Origin: a virus
IMG/VR virus record: IMGVR_UViG_3300034139_000007
Coordinates: 16,821 to 80,820 of that record
Length of the DNA: 64,000 bases
Reading direction: 5' to 3' (one strand)
Below, one piece after another: positions 52,880 to 62,725 of the stretch. The stretch's first letter is position 1, and each line of letters opens with the position of its first letter. The notes beneath the pieces were generated by a model. It searched no databases. It was not told the origin of the DNA and saw only the letters and a program-made list of their open reading frames with translations. A program made the position numbers and the translations under genes.

Positions 52880-54599
52880 CCCGCTCCTCCAGCAGTTCAT
52901 CGAAGACCTGAAGACGCGGTACCCCACCGACGGCGTCAACATGAGCTGGTCGGAGTGGCTGGCCCTGAACACCAAGCTCAATGGCCGCCCCTTCGGCTAC
53001 GAGGGGTTCGAGTTCCAGCGTCAGATCATCGACGACATGCACCCCGATATGCACGTCATCAAGCCGTCTCAGGTCGGGATGACCGAGGTGCAGATCCGCA
53101 AGTTCCTCGCGTTCCTGACCCGTAACCGGGGGACGTCGGGCATCTTCTCCTTCCCCGACGAGAAGATGTTCAAGAAGAACTCCAAGACTCGCATCCGACC
53201 CGTGATCCGCCAGCCGGTCTTCAACTCGACCGGCATCGACGACGAGAAGCCCACCCGGGCCATGAACCTGTACGAGATCAACGGCTCGTTCGCCCACATC
53301 ATGGGGATGACCGAGGGCGACGCGACCTCAACCCCCGCCGACATCCTGTTCCACGATGAGGTGGACCTGTCGGACATGACGATGATCGGCCTCTACCAGT
53401 CGCGCCTGCAGAACTCGCCCTGGCGGATCACCCAGTCGTTCTCGACCCCGACCTTCCCCGGCTTCGGCATCGACGCGGGCTACAAGGCCTCGGACATGCA
53501 CGAGTACATGGTCAAGTGCGCCTGCTGCGGCCACTGGCAGGTGCCCGTGTTCGACATGCGGTTCCTGAACCTGCCGGGTTACGGGGGCGAAGGCGAGCTG
53601 GTGGACCTGGACGCCGACCACGGGATCGACCTGGAGGCCAGCTTCTTCAAGTGCGAGCGGTGCTCCAGTCGACTGGACCTGCGCGACCCTGCGCTACGGG
53701 AATGGGTGGCCGAGCGCCCCACGCGCGACGCCCGCGGCTACCGCATCCGGCCCACGTCCAGCTACAAGCTCGACCCCGCCTACATCATCCGTCAGCTCAT
53801 CAAGATGAAGCGGCTGGACCAGCTGAAGGGCTGGCACAACACCGTCCTGGGCGAGACCTATAATGACGGCAACTCCAAGCTGGAGCCGGAGGCGGTCAAG
53901 CGGCTGATGAAGTCGCCGGGCGTCCCGGAGGTCGGCAGTCTGGTGCCTTGCGTGCTGGCGTCTGACATGGGCCGCACCTGCCACCTCACCGTGGGCCGCG
54001 CCGGACAGGGGGCGGTCAACCCCTTCCTCTTCGAGACCGTTCCGTCGGACCAGATCAAGCAGCGCATCCACGAGCTGCGCCAGAAGTACAACATCGTGGC
54101 CGGCGCGGTGGACCGACACCCCTATACGACCACCGCCGAAGAGATCCGTAACGAGACCAACGGCGTGATCCTGCCGGTCGAATATCGCGGCGCGGAACAC
54201 ATCCGGTTGGTCAAGGACGAGTACGGTGCCCTGGACTACATCCAGATCAACCGTACCAAGGCCATCGACGACGTCGTGAAGCTGGTCCAGCGCCAGGGCT
54301 TCGAGATGACCGGCTATGGGTCGCTGCAGACCGTGGTTGTCGAGCACTTCTGCGACATGGTCCGCATCGAGCTACCCGAGAAGCTGGCCACCTGGGAGAA
54401 GACCACCGGCCAGGACCACTTCATGCACAGCCAGGTGCTGTTGCAGGCTTCCACCAAAATCCGCCACATCATCCAGATGACAGAGCAGGGCGATCCGCCC
54501 AAGAGACAGCTAGGCCTCATTGGCGTCCCGTCGCCGAGGTCCGCGTCCAAGCCTCAACTCGGCGACCCAAAGCGCAAGATCCCTGAGAGGCTCATCTGA
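52872..54599 (+). CDS. terminase large subunit (GpA-like)
   Basis: IKPSQVGMTE Walker A, DEVD Walker B, FSTPT, CACCGHWQ / CERC Zn ribbon, NTVLGETY, SDMG, QDHFMH nuclease motifs. Confidence 0.92.
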   Translation: MRNPLLQQFIEDLKTRYPTDGVNMSWSEWLALNTKLNGRPFGYEGFEFQRQIIDDMHPDMHVIKPSQVGMTEVQIRKFLAFLTRNRGTSGIFSFPDEKMFKKNSKTRIRPVIRQPVFNSTGIDDEKPTRAMNLYEINGSFAHIMGMTEGDATSTPADILFHDEVDLSDMTMIGLYQSRLQNSPWRITQSFSTPTFPGFGIDAGYKASDMHEYMVKCACCGHWQVPVFDMRFLNLPGYGGEGELVDLDADHGIDLEASFFKCERCSSRLDLRDPALREWVAERPTRDARGYRIRPTSSYKLDPAYIIRQLIKMKRLDQLKGWHNTVLGETYNDGNSKLEPEAVKRLMKSPGVPEVGSLVPCVLASDMGRTCHLTVGRAGQGAVNPFLFETVPSDQIKQRIHELRQKYNIVAGAVDRHPYTTTAEEIRNETNGVILPVEYRGAEHIRLVKDEYGALDYIQINRTKAIDDVVKLVQRQGFEMTGYGSLQTVVVEHFCDMVRIELPEKLATWEKTTGQDHFMHSQVLLQASTKIRHIIQMTEQGDPPKRQLGLIGVPSPRSASKPQLGDPKRKIPERLI

Positions 54600-56107
54600 T
54601 GGCTGCACCTTCCCTCGATGCCCTGTTCGCCGAGACCGGCGTCGTCAAGAAGCAGCCCCGCGCTGCGGCGTCGATCACGCCGACCTACAACCCGCAGAAC
54701 GCCGCCCAGATCCTGACGGTCCCCGCGTATCGGGAGCACCTCCAGGCCCTGCGCGACAACCGCCTGAACCAGTCCAGCCAAGAGCTGCTGAAGGCGATGT
54801 TCAAGCAGGACCCCGACGTCTCGGCGGCGGTCGGCTCCTGGCTGACCCTGTCCGACACCCGCATGACCTACCTGGTCCGTGATGCCGACGGGAACATCGA
54901 CGTCAACGCCACGGGCCAACTGCCCAAGCTGCTGCGCGCCCTCACCGCGCCGACCACCTACATGGAGGGCTTCACTTTCAAGCCCGGCCTGAGCATGCTG
55001 GTTCAGGAGATGCGCTATCTGCTGCTGCTGCGCGGAGCCATCGGCAACGAGCTGGTCTTCAACAAGAAGCTGGTCCCGGACCGGCTGCAGCACGTCGACA
55101 TGTCCACCATCGAGTGGTTCGAGAAGCAGCCCGGCGTCTACAAGCCGCGCCAGCGCCAGCAGGGCAAGAGCGAGGGCCAGTCCCTCGATATCCCGTCCTT
55201 CTTCGTGGCCTTCCACCGCCGCGACCCCACCTCGATCTACGCCACGTCCGACTTCGTCTCGGTCATCAACACCGCCGCGAGCCGCGCGCAGGTGATCAAC
55301 GACCTGTACCGGATCATGCAGATCACGGGCTTCCCGCGCATCGACATCAAGGTGCTGGAGGAGACCCTGGTCGAGAACGCGCCCGAGAGCGTCAAGGCCG
55401 ACCCGGACCTGATGCGCCAGTGGGCCGCTGACCGCCTGAACGACGTAGCTGGCAACTTCGCCGAGCTGCGGTCGGACCAGAGCTTCGTCCACATGGACAG
55501 CATCGAAGCGAAGATCTTGAACGACAAGTCGCCGGGAGCCAGCCTCGACATCTCCAACGTCATTGACGTCCTGAACTCGCAGAACCAGGCCGCCCTGAAG
55601 ACCATGGCCACCGTCATCGGTCGGGGCTCCGGCACCGCCGGGGTCGCCTCGGTCGAGGCGCGGATCGCGGCGATGAACGCGGACCAGCTGAACGTGCCGA
55701 TCAAGCAGCAGCTGGACCAGTCGCTGACCTTCCTGCTGAACGTCTACGGCGTCCCCGGCTTCGTGGACGTCACCTTCGCGCCCGCCGAGCTGCGCCCGGC
55801 CATGGAGCTGGAGGCCCAGAAGTCTCTGAAGTCCAGCCGCCTGCGCACCGATCTGTCCGACGGCATCATCACCGACGAGGAATATCACGTCGAGATGTAC
55901 GGTCGTCTACCGCCATCCGGCTACAAGCCGCTGTCCGGCACCGGCTTCATGGCCGCCGCTGCCGCAGCTGGCGTGGACGCCAAGGACGTGACCCCGAACG
56001 ACGACCCGATGGGCGCGAGCCAGTCGGGCGAGGGAGCCGACGCCGCCAAGGGCAACGGTAAGCCCGGATCGAAGAAGCCCGGCGCTGGTCGTAAGGCCGC
56101 CGCCTAA
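54599..56107 (+). CDS. portal protein
   Basis: about 500 aa directly after TerL; D.DVSAA, GFPRIDI; low-complexity C-terminus. Confidence 0.8.
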   Translation: MAAPSLDALFAETGVVKKQPRAAASITPTYNPQNAAQILTVPAYREHLQALRDNRLNQSSQELLKAMFKQDPDVSAAVGSWLTLSDTRMTYLVRDADGNIDVNATGQLPKLLRALTAPTTYMEGFTFKPGLSMLVQEMRYLLLLRGAIGNELVFNKKLVPDRLQHVDMSTIEWFEKQPGVYKPRQRQQGKSEGQSLDIPSFFVAFHRRDPTSIYATSDFVSVINTAASRAQVINDLYRIMQITGFPRIDIKVLEETLVENAPESVKADPDLMRQWAADRLNDVAGNFAELRSDQSFVHMDSIEAKILNDKSPGASLDISNVIDVLNSQNQAALKTMATVIGRGSGTAGVASVEARIAAMNADQLNVPIKQQLDQSLTFLLNVYGVPGFVDVTFAPAELRPAMELEAQKSLKSSRLRTDLSDGIITDEEYHVEMYGRLPPSGYKPLSGTGFMAAAAAAGVDAKDVTPNDDPMGASQSGEGADAAKGNGKPGSKKPGAGRKAAA

Positions 56108-56124
56108 CCACCAGGAGAAGACCG

Positions 56125-56382
56125 ATGCGCGCGAAGTTGAAGGTTGGCAGTGTGAGCCCGATCACACAGCAGGACGGTGTCGTCACCCAGGAGCGCGTGG
56201 TCTTCCACGGCGTCGCCCGGTCCAAGGGCTATCCCGACGATGGCTCCGACGAGGACAACACCTTCGCCCGGTTCAGCCCGTCGGCCCTGTTCGACATCAT
56301 GATCACGAACCCAGAGCTGCTGGGCAAGTACACGCCGGGCGACACGTTCTACGTCGACTTCACGCCCGTTCCGGCGGACTGA
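56125..56382 (+). CDS. hypothetical protein
   Basis: AGGAGA SD; MRAKLKV...EDNTFARFSPS...ITNP...PGDTFYVDFTP. Confidence 0.8.
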   Translation: MRAKLKVGSVSPITQQDGVVTQERVVFHGVARSKGYPDDGSDEDNTFARFSPSALFDIMITNPELLGKYTPGDTFYVDFTPVPAD

Positions 56383-56392
56383 TCCACCAACG

Positions 56393-56424
56393 CAAAGAGG
56401 GCGCTGTCCGAAGACAGCGCCCTC
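56393..56424 (-). terminator. terminator hairpin between convergent genes
   Basis: GAGGGCGCTGTC-TTCG-GACAGCGCCCTC-TTT on - strand. Confidence 0.75.
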
Positions 56425-56483
56425 CCGGCGACCAAGCCAAGTCCCACCCTGATGTAAGGACCCGACGCTGATGTAGCGCGGTC

Positions 56484-56669
56484 TTAACCGGCGTGCAAGG
56501 TCGAGGGCCTGGTCTTGACGATCTTGTCCCCGACCTGGACGCGCACGAAGCCGTTGTCGTTCATGCCGAGAACCGTGCCCTTCTGTTCGATGGGGTACCG
56601 ACCGGCGGTCTTGAACGTCACCTCGGTGCCCGTAGCGGGGGCATCCTTCTTCGTCTTCGTCTTGGCCAT
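56484..56669 (-). CDS. small basic SH3-like protein, antisense within the head operon
   Basis: AGGAGA SD; GTEVTF...KGTVLG...FVRVQVG; own terminator. Confidence 0.7.
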   Translation of the reverse strand: MAKTKTKKDAPATGTEVTFKTAGRYPIEQKGTVLGMNDNGFVRVQVGDKIVKTRPSTLHAG

Positions 56670-56744
56670 GTGCTCTTCTCCTATTTCCGTTGAGCTGTCC
56701 CCTAGTAGCAATCCAAGGTTCTGAAGTACCTAACAAGTTTGAGT

Positions 56745-56757
56745 TATCCAGTAGATA
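56745..56757. promoter_or_regulatory. palindromic motif B, copy 7
   Basis: TATCCAGTAGATA in the divergent gap upstream of the protease gene. Confidence 0.7.
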
Positions 56758-56829
56758 CTCACTTCTAGGCACATCGTCGTGAAACAGCCTGTTGCCCATG
56801 TGGCACCACTTAGCCTTTAAGCTGGCGAC

Positions 56830-57984
56830 ATGAAGCAGATCAGCAAGACCGCTGAAGTCCTCGCGAAGCTCCGCGCCTCCTACGGTGCGGACGCAAATCT
56901 CGACGACCTGGCGGTCTACGAAGTGATCCTGGCCAACACTCAGCCCCTCCGCAAGACGGGTGGTTTGTTCAAGGGAGCACGTCTCGCCTCGACGCTCATC
57001 ACGGAGATCGTCTCTGCGGTGAACCTCGAAAGCGTGCCGGTCCAGTTTCAACACGATACGTCGACCGCCCCGTATGGTCGCCTGTTCGCCGCCGCTGCCA
57101 GCGGCGACGAGGCACGCGGTCTGCTGGCGGTAGACGGCAAGGCACACCCCGAAGTCGTGCAGAAGCTCGACAGCGGGACCATCGATCAGGTCTCGGTCGG
57201 CATGGTGAACAAGCAGCTGCTCTGCAGCCAGTGCGGGTTCGACTATGCGAACGAGAAGTCCTACCCCAACCGGTGGGATCTGACGTGCGACAAGGAGCAC
57301 AAGATCGGCGACGCCGGGACGCACGTCCAGGTCGTCGGTCTGGAAAGCCTCTTCGAGGTCTCCTTCGTCGGACAGGGTGCCGTTCGTGGTGCGCGCGTTG
57401 TCGGCCCGTCCGAGAGCGCGTTCCAGGATAACCAGCGTTTGGCCGCCTCTTCGGCTGCTACCGGCGGGGCTCTCGCCGTTCATTTGACCGCAACCGTCGA
57501 GGACGACACTCCCATGGATCTCTCCGCTCTGACCACTCAGCTGACCACCGCCGTCTCGGATGGTGCAACCGCCCGGGCCAACCTGGCGATGATCACGACC
57601 GAACGCGACGGCCTGGCCACCAACCTGGCCACCGTGACCGGCGAACGCGACACCGCGATCACCGAGCGCAACACGGCTCAGACCGACCTGGCCACCGCCA
57701 CCGAAACCGTCACCACGCTGACCGCCGCCCACGAAGCCGCGATCACCGCCCTGTCGGCGGAAGCCAAGGCTGTCCTGACGGCCTGCGGCAAGTCGGAAGC
57801 CGACATCGAAACCGAGCTGAAGGATAAGGACGCCACGGCGCTGCTGGGCATCATCCAGGCCAATCGCTCGCAGTTCGCCGCGATCATCCCGGCTGGTGGA
57901 GCGGCCAACTCGGCTGACCTGGCCTCGACCTCGAAGATCGCACCCCGGCGTACCAACGCCTTCCGCAGCCCCGCACGCGCCTAA
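56830..57984 (+). CDS. prohead protease / scaffold
   Basis: QFQHD...PYGRLF, QVSVG, CSQCG, FEVSFVGQGA (HK97-type protease); C-terminal Thr/Ala coiled coil. Confidence 0.85.
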   Translation: MKQISKTAEVLAKLRASYGADANLDDLAVYEVILANTQPLRKTGGLFKGARLASTLITEIVSAVNLESVPVQFQHDTSTAPYGRLFAAAASGDEARGLLAVDGKAHPEVVQKLDSGTIDQVSVGMVNKQLLCSQCGFDYANEKSYPNRWDLTCDKEHKIGDAGTHVQVVGLESLFEVSFVGQGAVRGARVVGPSESAFQDNQRLAASSAATGGALAVHLTATVEDDTPMDLSALTTQLTTAVSDGATARANLAMITTERDGLATNLATVTGERDTAITERNTAQTDLATATETVTTLTAAHEAAITALSAEAKAVLTACGKSEADIETELKDKDATALLGIIQANRSQFAAIIPAGGAANSADLASTSKIAPRRTNAFRSPARA

Positions 57985-58023
57985 TCCCCGCGACACGCAC
58001 AACTTTCTAGGAGGCATCTGAAG

Positions 58024-58455
58024 ATGGCCGGTTTCCACACTCAAGTCCGCATGGCGAAGTTCGACTTCAAGGACAGCCAGTTCACCGTTCTGATGAACGG
58101 CATCGTCGCCGCCGACATTGGCAAGGCCGTCACCTACGACAACACGGAAGACAACGCCGTGAAGCTCGCTGGTGAAGGCGATCCCATCGTCGGCGTGATC
58201 TACACCGTCGAGGACCGCATCAACGAGGGCCAGATGGTTGGCACCGTCGAGATGCGCTTCGCCGCCTATCTGCCGATCAAGACCGGCCTGACCGGTGCCA
58301 AGGTCGTGGGTCGCGGCAAGAAGCTCTGCGGCGCTGGTGCCGGCGAGGTTCGCGCCATCGACCCGGCCACCGAGGCCGCTCTGCTGAACTCGCAGTCGCA
58401 TCCGCACTGCTGGGGTCTGTGGCAGGGCAAGGCCATCGGCGCTCTGATCGTCTAA
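58024..58455 (+). CDS. head decoration / capsid cement protein
   Basis: DIGKAV...VKLAGEGDPIVG beta-clip-like; located between protease and MCP. Confidence 0.7.
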   Translation: MAGFHTQVRMAKFDFKDSQFTVLMNGIVAADIGKAVTYDNTEDNAVKLAGEGDPIVGVIYTVEDRINEGQMVGTVEMRFAAYLPIKTGLTGAKVVGRGKKLCGAGAGEVRAIDPATEAALLNSQSHPHCWGLWQGKAIGALIV

Positions 58456-58499
58456 TCACCCCAGTTCCAACCCGCTAGCATCTCTCAAGGAGACCTTCG

Positions 58500-59723
58500 A
58501 TGCTGAAGAGCACCACCGAAATCAAGAAGGCCGCCCCGGAAACGGTACTGGCGGGTCTTCTGGACAGCAACTCCACCGGCGCTTCCCTAGAAGCGGCGAA
58601 GAAGCTGATCCTCCAGGCCAAGGAATATGGCCTGGACCTGCGCTCCTATCTGCGCCTGTCCATCGACGCATCGCTCAGCGCCGCTGACCAGATGCACCGC
58701 TACCACGCCGACGCCGCTGGCACTGAACTGCTGAACGGCTACGAGGCTTCCCTGTCGTACCTGGGTCTCCCGACCCGTGACGACCTGGATGCTGGCGTGA
58801 TGCTGCAGGCCGCCGCTGACACCTTCCAGACGTTCCCTGGCACCCGCGCCCTCTTCCCCGAGGTCGTGGACGACATGGTCCAGTGGAAGTATCGCCAGAC
58901 GAACTTCGAAACCACCGAAGGCCTCGTCGCTCAACGCCGGACCATCTCGGGCAACGAGATGATCACCACGGTCGTCGAGGACGCCGAGGCTGACTACGAG
59001 GAGGCCGTCCGTGCGGTCGCCGAGGGTGGCCGCATCCCGATCCACTCGATCCGTTCGAGCGAGAAGCGCGTCAAGTTCTACAAGTTCGGCAACGGCTACA
59101 AGACGACCTACGAGTTCCAGCGTCGCGCTTCGCTCGACATCCTGACCCCGTATGCCGTCCGCACGCAGCGCCAGATCGACCGCTCCAAGGTCGCTGTGGC
59201 CACGCACGTCCTGCTGAACGGCGACGGCGTCACCGGCCCAGCCGCCGTGACTTCGCAGTCGGCCTACAACGACGTGAACACCACGGGTACGTCGGTGAAC
59301 GGCAAGCTCGCCTACAAGCACCTGGCCGCCTGGCTGGTTGCTCGTGCCAAGGCCGGTGCGCCCATCGACACCGTCCTGGGCAACTGGGACATGTACCTGC
59401 AGTGGCTGTTCCTGTTCGCGATCCCGACCACGAACGCGACCACGACCGATGCCGAGCTGCTGGCTCGCTCGGGCTTCCAGATGGGCGGCGTTCCGCTGCT
59501 GTCCGGCAACATCAACTTCAAGCTGGCATCCGATGCGCCTGCTGGACAGCTGATCGGCTTCAGCCGCGCCGACACGCTGGAGGAGCTGACGGAAGCTGGC
59601 TCTCTGATCACGGAGAGCGAGAAGTCCATCGAGACGCAGGAAGTCACCTACGTCCGCACCGAAACCTCGGGCATGCGCCTGATCTTCGGTGATACGCGGT
59701 CGGTCCTGGACCTGGCCTCGTAA
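58500..59723 (+). CDS. major capsid protein
   Basis: AAGGAG SD; 407 aa; VAEGGRIP, KFG...TYE, LLNGDG (HK97-fold signatures). Confidence 0.88.
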   Translation: MLKSTTEIKKAAPETVLAGLLDSNSTGASLEAAKKLILQAKEYGLDLRSYLRLSIDASLSAADQMHRYHADAAGTELLNGYEASLSYLGLPTRDDLDAGVMLQAAADTFQTFPGTRALFPEVVDDMVQWKYRQTNFETTEGLVAQRRTISGNEMITTVVEDAEADYEEAVRAVAEGGRIPIHSIRSSEKRVKFYKFGNGYKTTYEFQRRASLDILTPYAVRTQRQIDRSKVAVATHVLLNGDGVTGPAAVTSQSAYNDVNTTGTSVNGKLAYKHLAAWLVARAKAGAPIDTVLGNWDMYLQWLFLFAIPTTNATTTDAELLARSGFQMGGVPLLSGNINFKLASDAPAGQLIGFSRADTLEELTEAGSLITESEKSIETQEVTYVRTETSGMRLIFGDTRSVLDLAS

Positions 59724-59736
59724 TCCGGGCACAGTC

Positions 59737-59761
59737 GGGGGCGGTCCGCAAGGGCCGCCCC
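59737..59761 (+). other. GCAA-tetraloop hairpin after MCP (stabiliser or weak terminator)
   Basis: GGGCGGTCC-GCAA-GGGCCGCCC. Confidence 0.6.
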
Positions 59762-59796
59762 ATCCTGCTCTTGAACCCAAACCACGGAGAATAATC

Positions 59797-60144
59797 ATGG
59801 CCAAGGCCCTGGTTGAAACGAAGGACAACATTCAGGTTGTCGGCACCGGCGAGGAACTCCACGCCCGTCACAACCGCGCGTCGGTCGTGCGCGTCAACAA
59901 GTTCATCTCGACCCACGTCACTGAGGGCAACCTCACCCTGCTGGCCCAGCTGAACGACGAGGCCTCGGACAAGGAGTTCGAGAAGCTCTGGAACGAAGCC
60001 GCCGAGGGTGCCGACCTGACCAAGAAGGCCGACGTCGAGGCGGTCGCCGCTGCCCGCGAGGACCTGAAGACGGCCTACGCCAAGGACTATGCCCCCGGCG
60101 GCAAGGAAAAGCCTGATCCTGCTCCGAAGCCCGACGCGAAGTAA
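59797..60144 (+). CDS. hypothetical virion-associated protein
   Basis: GGAGA SD before MAKALVETK. Confidence 0.75.
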   Translation: MAKALVETKDNIQVVGTGEELHARHNRASVVRVNKFISTHVTEGNLTLLAQLNDEASDKEFEKLWNEAAEGADLTKKADVEAVAAAREDLKTAYAKDYAPGGKEKPDPAPKPDAK

Positions 60145-60150
60145 ACCCAG

Positions 60151-60876
60151 ATGCTCACCTACGTCGCAGGTGAGGATCTGATGATCGCCGTCCCGCTCAC
60201 GCGGGACGGCGAGCCCTTTTTGGCGGATGACGGCTCGGTCACCTGGTCCCTGCGGGATCATACCGGAGCCCTGATGTCCGGCATGACGAACGTCTCGCTG
60301 CCCAGCAGCGACACCACCCTTCTGGTTGAAGTCCCCGCCGCCGCGAATGAGATCGCGCCGGGGCGTCAGTTCGAGAAGCGTAGCATCTCCATCAAGGGTC
60401 TGGCCGAGGGCCAACCCTTCGTGGCCGGTGCCCAATATCGCATCACCCCCTGGCTCAACCACTCGGTTACGACGTCCCAGATCTGGGCCTTCATTGGCAC
60501 GGACGCTGGTGAGCTGCCCGAGGCAGACATCGACATCACCGGGGCCTACTTCTCCCTGGCCGAAATGGTCGGCGAGACCCAACTGGTTGAGGCTCTGAGC
60601 AGCGGCAGCAAGCTGGAGCAGCGCGCCAATGACGCCATCAAGGGCATGGCCGTCCTGCGCGTCCTGCCCGGCGTCCGTCAGCGGCTGCTGAAGCGTGCCG
60701 AGGACGGCACCCTAAAGGCCGAGCGGTTCGCCATCGACTTCAACCAGCTGGCCGCCGACGCCACCGCGCTTGTCACCCTGGCCGTCCGCGAGGTCGGTGG
60801 CCTGGACGACAACGTGACCGCACCAACTCTCTTCGTCCTGGCGACGCCGAACTTCGAACCATTCCCGGGAGGCTAA
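60151..60876 (+). CDS. putative head-tail adaptor
   Basis: position after MCP; Ig-like N-terminus plus helical C-terminus. Confidence 0.55.
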   Translation: MLTYVAGEDLMIAVPLTRDGEPFLADDGSVTWSLRDHTGALMSGMTNVSLPSSDTTLLVEVPAAANEIAPGRQFEKRSISIKGLAEGQPFVAGAQYRITPWLNHSVTTSQIWAFIGTDAGELPEADIDITGAYFSLAEMVGETQLVEALSSGSKLEQRANDAIKGMAVLRVLPGVRQRLLKRAEDGTLKAERFAIDFNQLAADATALVTLAVREVGGLDDNVTAPTLFVLATPNFEPFPGG

Positions 60877-60877
60877 G

Positions 60878-61408
60878 ATGCTCCCCCTCACGCGCGTCGG
60901 CGACCGGTTCAACGAGCCCATCAAGATCGTGGGCGGCCCCAAGACAGTGGGCCGCATCCAGCGCAGCGACGGCGGCGAGCCGGGCGCAGAGTTTGCGCTG
61001 CCCAAGACCAACCTACGGGTCAACCGCCGCTCGCTCATCCGCGCCGGCCAGGTCGTCCAGGCGCCCGGCGGCGACCACTTCCTCGTGGCCGAGCACAGCG
61101 AGACTGGCGAGTACCGGACCCACCACCTGTTCCCCACCGACCGCCGGGTCGAGTGGACCCGCCAGACCGTCAAGATCCACCCGGTCTCCAAGCAGCAGGT
61201 CGGCAGTGGCAAGGAAGAGCTGGGCACGCTCTGGGTCATGTGGGAGCGCACCCGTCGCGAGTTCATGGATCTGTCGATCCGTATCGCCCAGGAAAACTAC
61301 CTGATCGCCACCGGAGCCGACGTCCAGCTGGGCGACTACATCGACGGCAAGCTGGTCAAGCGCGTGAACCATGCGCTGGGCGTCCGCATTCTGGAGTTGC
61401 AGGGATGA
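60878..61408 (+). CDS. putative head closure protein
   Basis: position, size, beta-rich; GGAGG SD. Confidence 0.55.
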   Translation: MLPLTRVGDRFNEPIKIVGGPKTVGRIQRSDGGEPGAEFALPKTNLRVNRRSLIRAGQVVQAPGGDHFLVAEHSETGEYRTHHLFPTDRRVEWTRQTVKIHPVSKQQVGSGKEELGTLWVMWERTRREFMDLSIRIAQENYLIATGADVQLGDYIDGKLVKRVNHALGVRILELQG

Positions 61409-62265
61409 AGGTTCGGATCGGCGGCGTCGAGCGGTCGGTCGCCAACCAATCCGACCTCAAGCAGGTGGAAGACCAGATCGCCAACACCATCGTCAATGGC
61501 GCTATCGCCGAGGCGTTGGACATCACCCCACGGTTCCTCGACCGGCTGCAGGAGCGCGTCCAGATCTCGGCGACCCGCGAGGCGAACCGGGTCATGGACA
61601 CCATCGTCGATGTCATCGACAATCCGCAGTTTGGCACCGACCCCGGCCTCAATGGCGCGAACCTTACGCGCGGGACAGACCTGTTCGCCTCTGGCCGTGT
61701 CGACTGGAAGCCTCTGTCCTTCCGTTACACCATGCGCAAGGACCGGCAGGTCCGGCGCTGGGGAGCAGGTGCCAAGGCGGCCCGCGCCCGCTCCTCCAAG
61801 ATGTTCTTCAACCGGGGCACCCTGCGCAACTACCTAAAGGGTCGGGGCAGCACGATCATCCGCAATCGCCTCGGCGGGATGGAGGTGAAGGTTGATCGGA
61901 AGTTGACCGACCGGTCCTTCATGTCGGCCAACAACCGCTGGACCAAGCGCGCCTCCGACTTCCTCGGGGAGGGCGACGTGGGCCGGATCGTGCTGGGTCG
62001 TGTCGAGCTGACGATGTTCCCCCGCCTGTCGCCCGCGATGGCCCCCATGCTGGCTACACGACGCTGGACGGACGCTGGTGATGGTGCGATGGAGAAGGCG
62101 GTGTTCGGCGGGACCAAGACCCTGGCCAAGCTGCTCAATCGACGCGACGCCTATCGCGCACTGCTGACGCCGGTGGTCCAGTTCTTCATGCTGGTCCGCA
62201 TCCCTGCCGCGGTCAACCGCAGCGTGACCGACTACCTGCGGAGGACGTCCATTGGCGCTGACTGA
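61405..62265 (+). CDS. putative neck / tail completion protein
   Basis: ATGA overlap; WKPLS..Y..RK motif of phage neck/morphogenesis proteins. Confidence 0.55.
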   Translation: MKVRIGGVERSVANQSDLKQVEDQIANTIVNGAIAEALDITPRFLDRLQERVQISATREANRVMDTIVDVIDNPQFGTDPGLNGANLTRGTDLFASGRVDWKPLSFRYTMRKDRQVRRWGAGAKAARARSSKMFFNRGTLRNYLKGRGSTIIRNRLGGMEVKVDRKLTDRSFMSANNRWTKRASDFLGEGDVGRIVLGRVELTMFPRLSPAMAPMLATRRWTDAGDGAMEKAVFGGTKTLAKLLNRRDAYRALLTPVVQFFMLVRIPAAVNRSVTDYLRRTSIGAD

Positions 62266-62725
62266 GGAGAACCTCTACGAGAGCGTGAAGCTGTCGCTGG
62301 AGCGGTTCGTTGACGACTTCCGAGTGGATCACTTCCCGACCGCGACCCAGATCAACTGGGACGACCACGCCAATATCCAGGAGCTGCCCGAGGCCGACGT
62401 GATCGGTCTGGCCGGGATCGGCCTGGCCGAGGACGAGCACAAGAAGTACCAGATCACCTTCGGCGTCTTGGCTTCGACCTGGGGCGACAAGGGACTGGTC
62501 CGCCTGACCAAGGCGGTCTCGGCCATGTTCGGCAGGATTGCGCCGGAGAACAAGATCGTGGTCTACACCGAGAGCCCCGACGGGCTCAGTGCGGTGCCGA
62601 AGAGCTGGATGGTGACCGCGCTACCGCGCGCCGTCACGCCGGTCCAGAAGGCTGAAGTCAGGGCTGTTCAGGGGGTGGAGTGTCACGTCCTGCTTGACCC
62701 TGGCGCGACATCATATCTGAGATAG
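62252..62725 (+). CDS. putative tail terminator
   Basis: TTG start with GGAGG SD; last + strand gene before the major tail protein. Confidence 0.55.
   Translation: MALTEENLYESVKLSLERFVDDFRVDHFPTATQINWDDHANIQELPEADVIGLAGIGLAEDEHKKYQITFGVLASTWGDKGLVRLTKAVSAMFGRIAPENKIVVYTESPDGLSAVPKSWMVTALPRAVTPVQKAEVRAVQGVECHVLLDPGATSYLR

Noticed and set aside
56445-56483. CTGATG repeats as a hammerhead ribozyme
   Set aside because: Lacks the CUGANGA and GAAA core; both copies read CTGATGTA.
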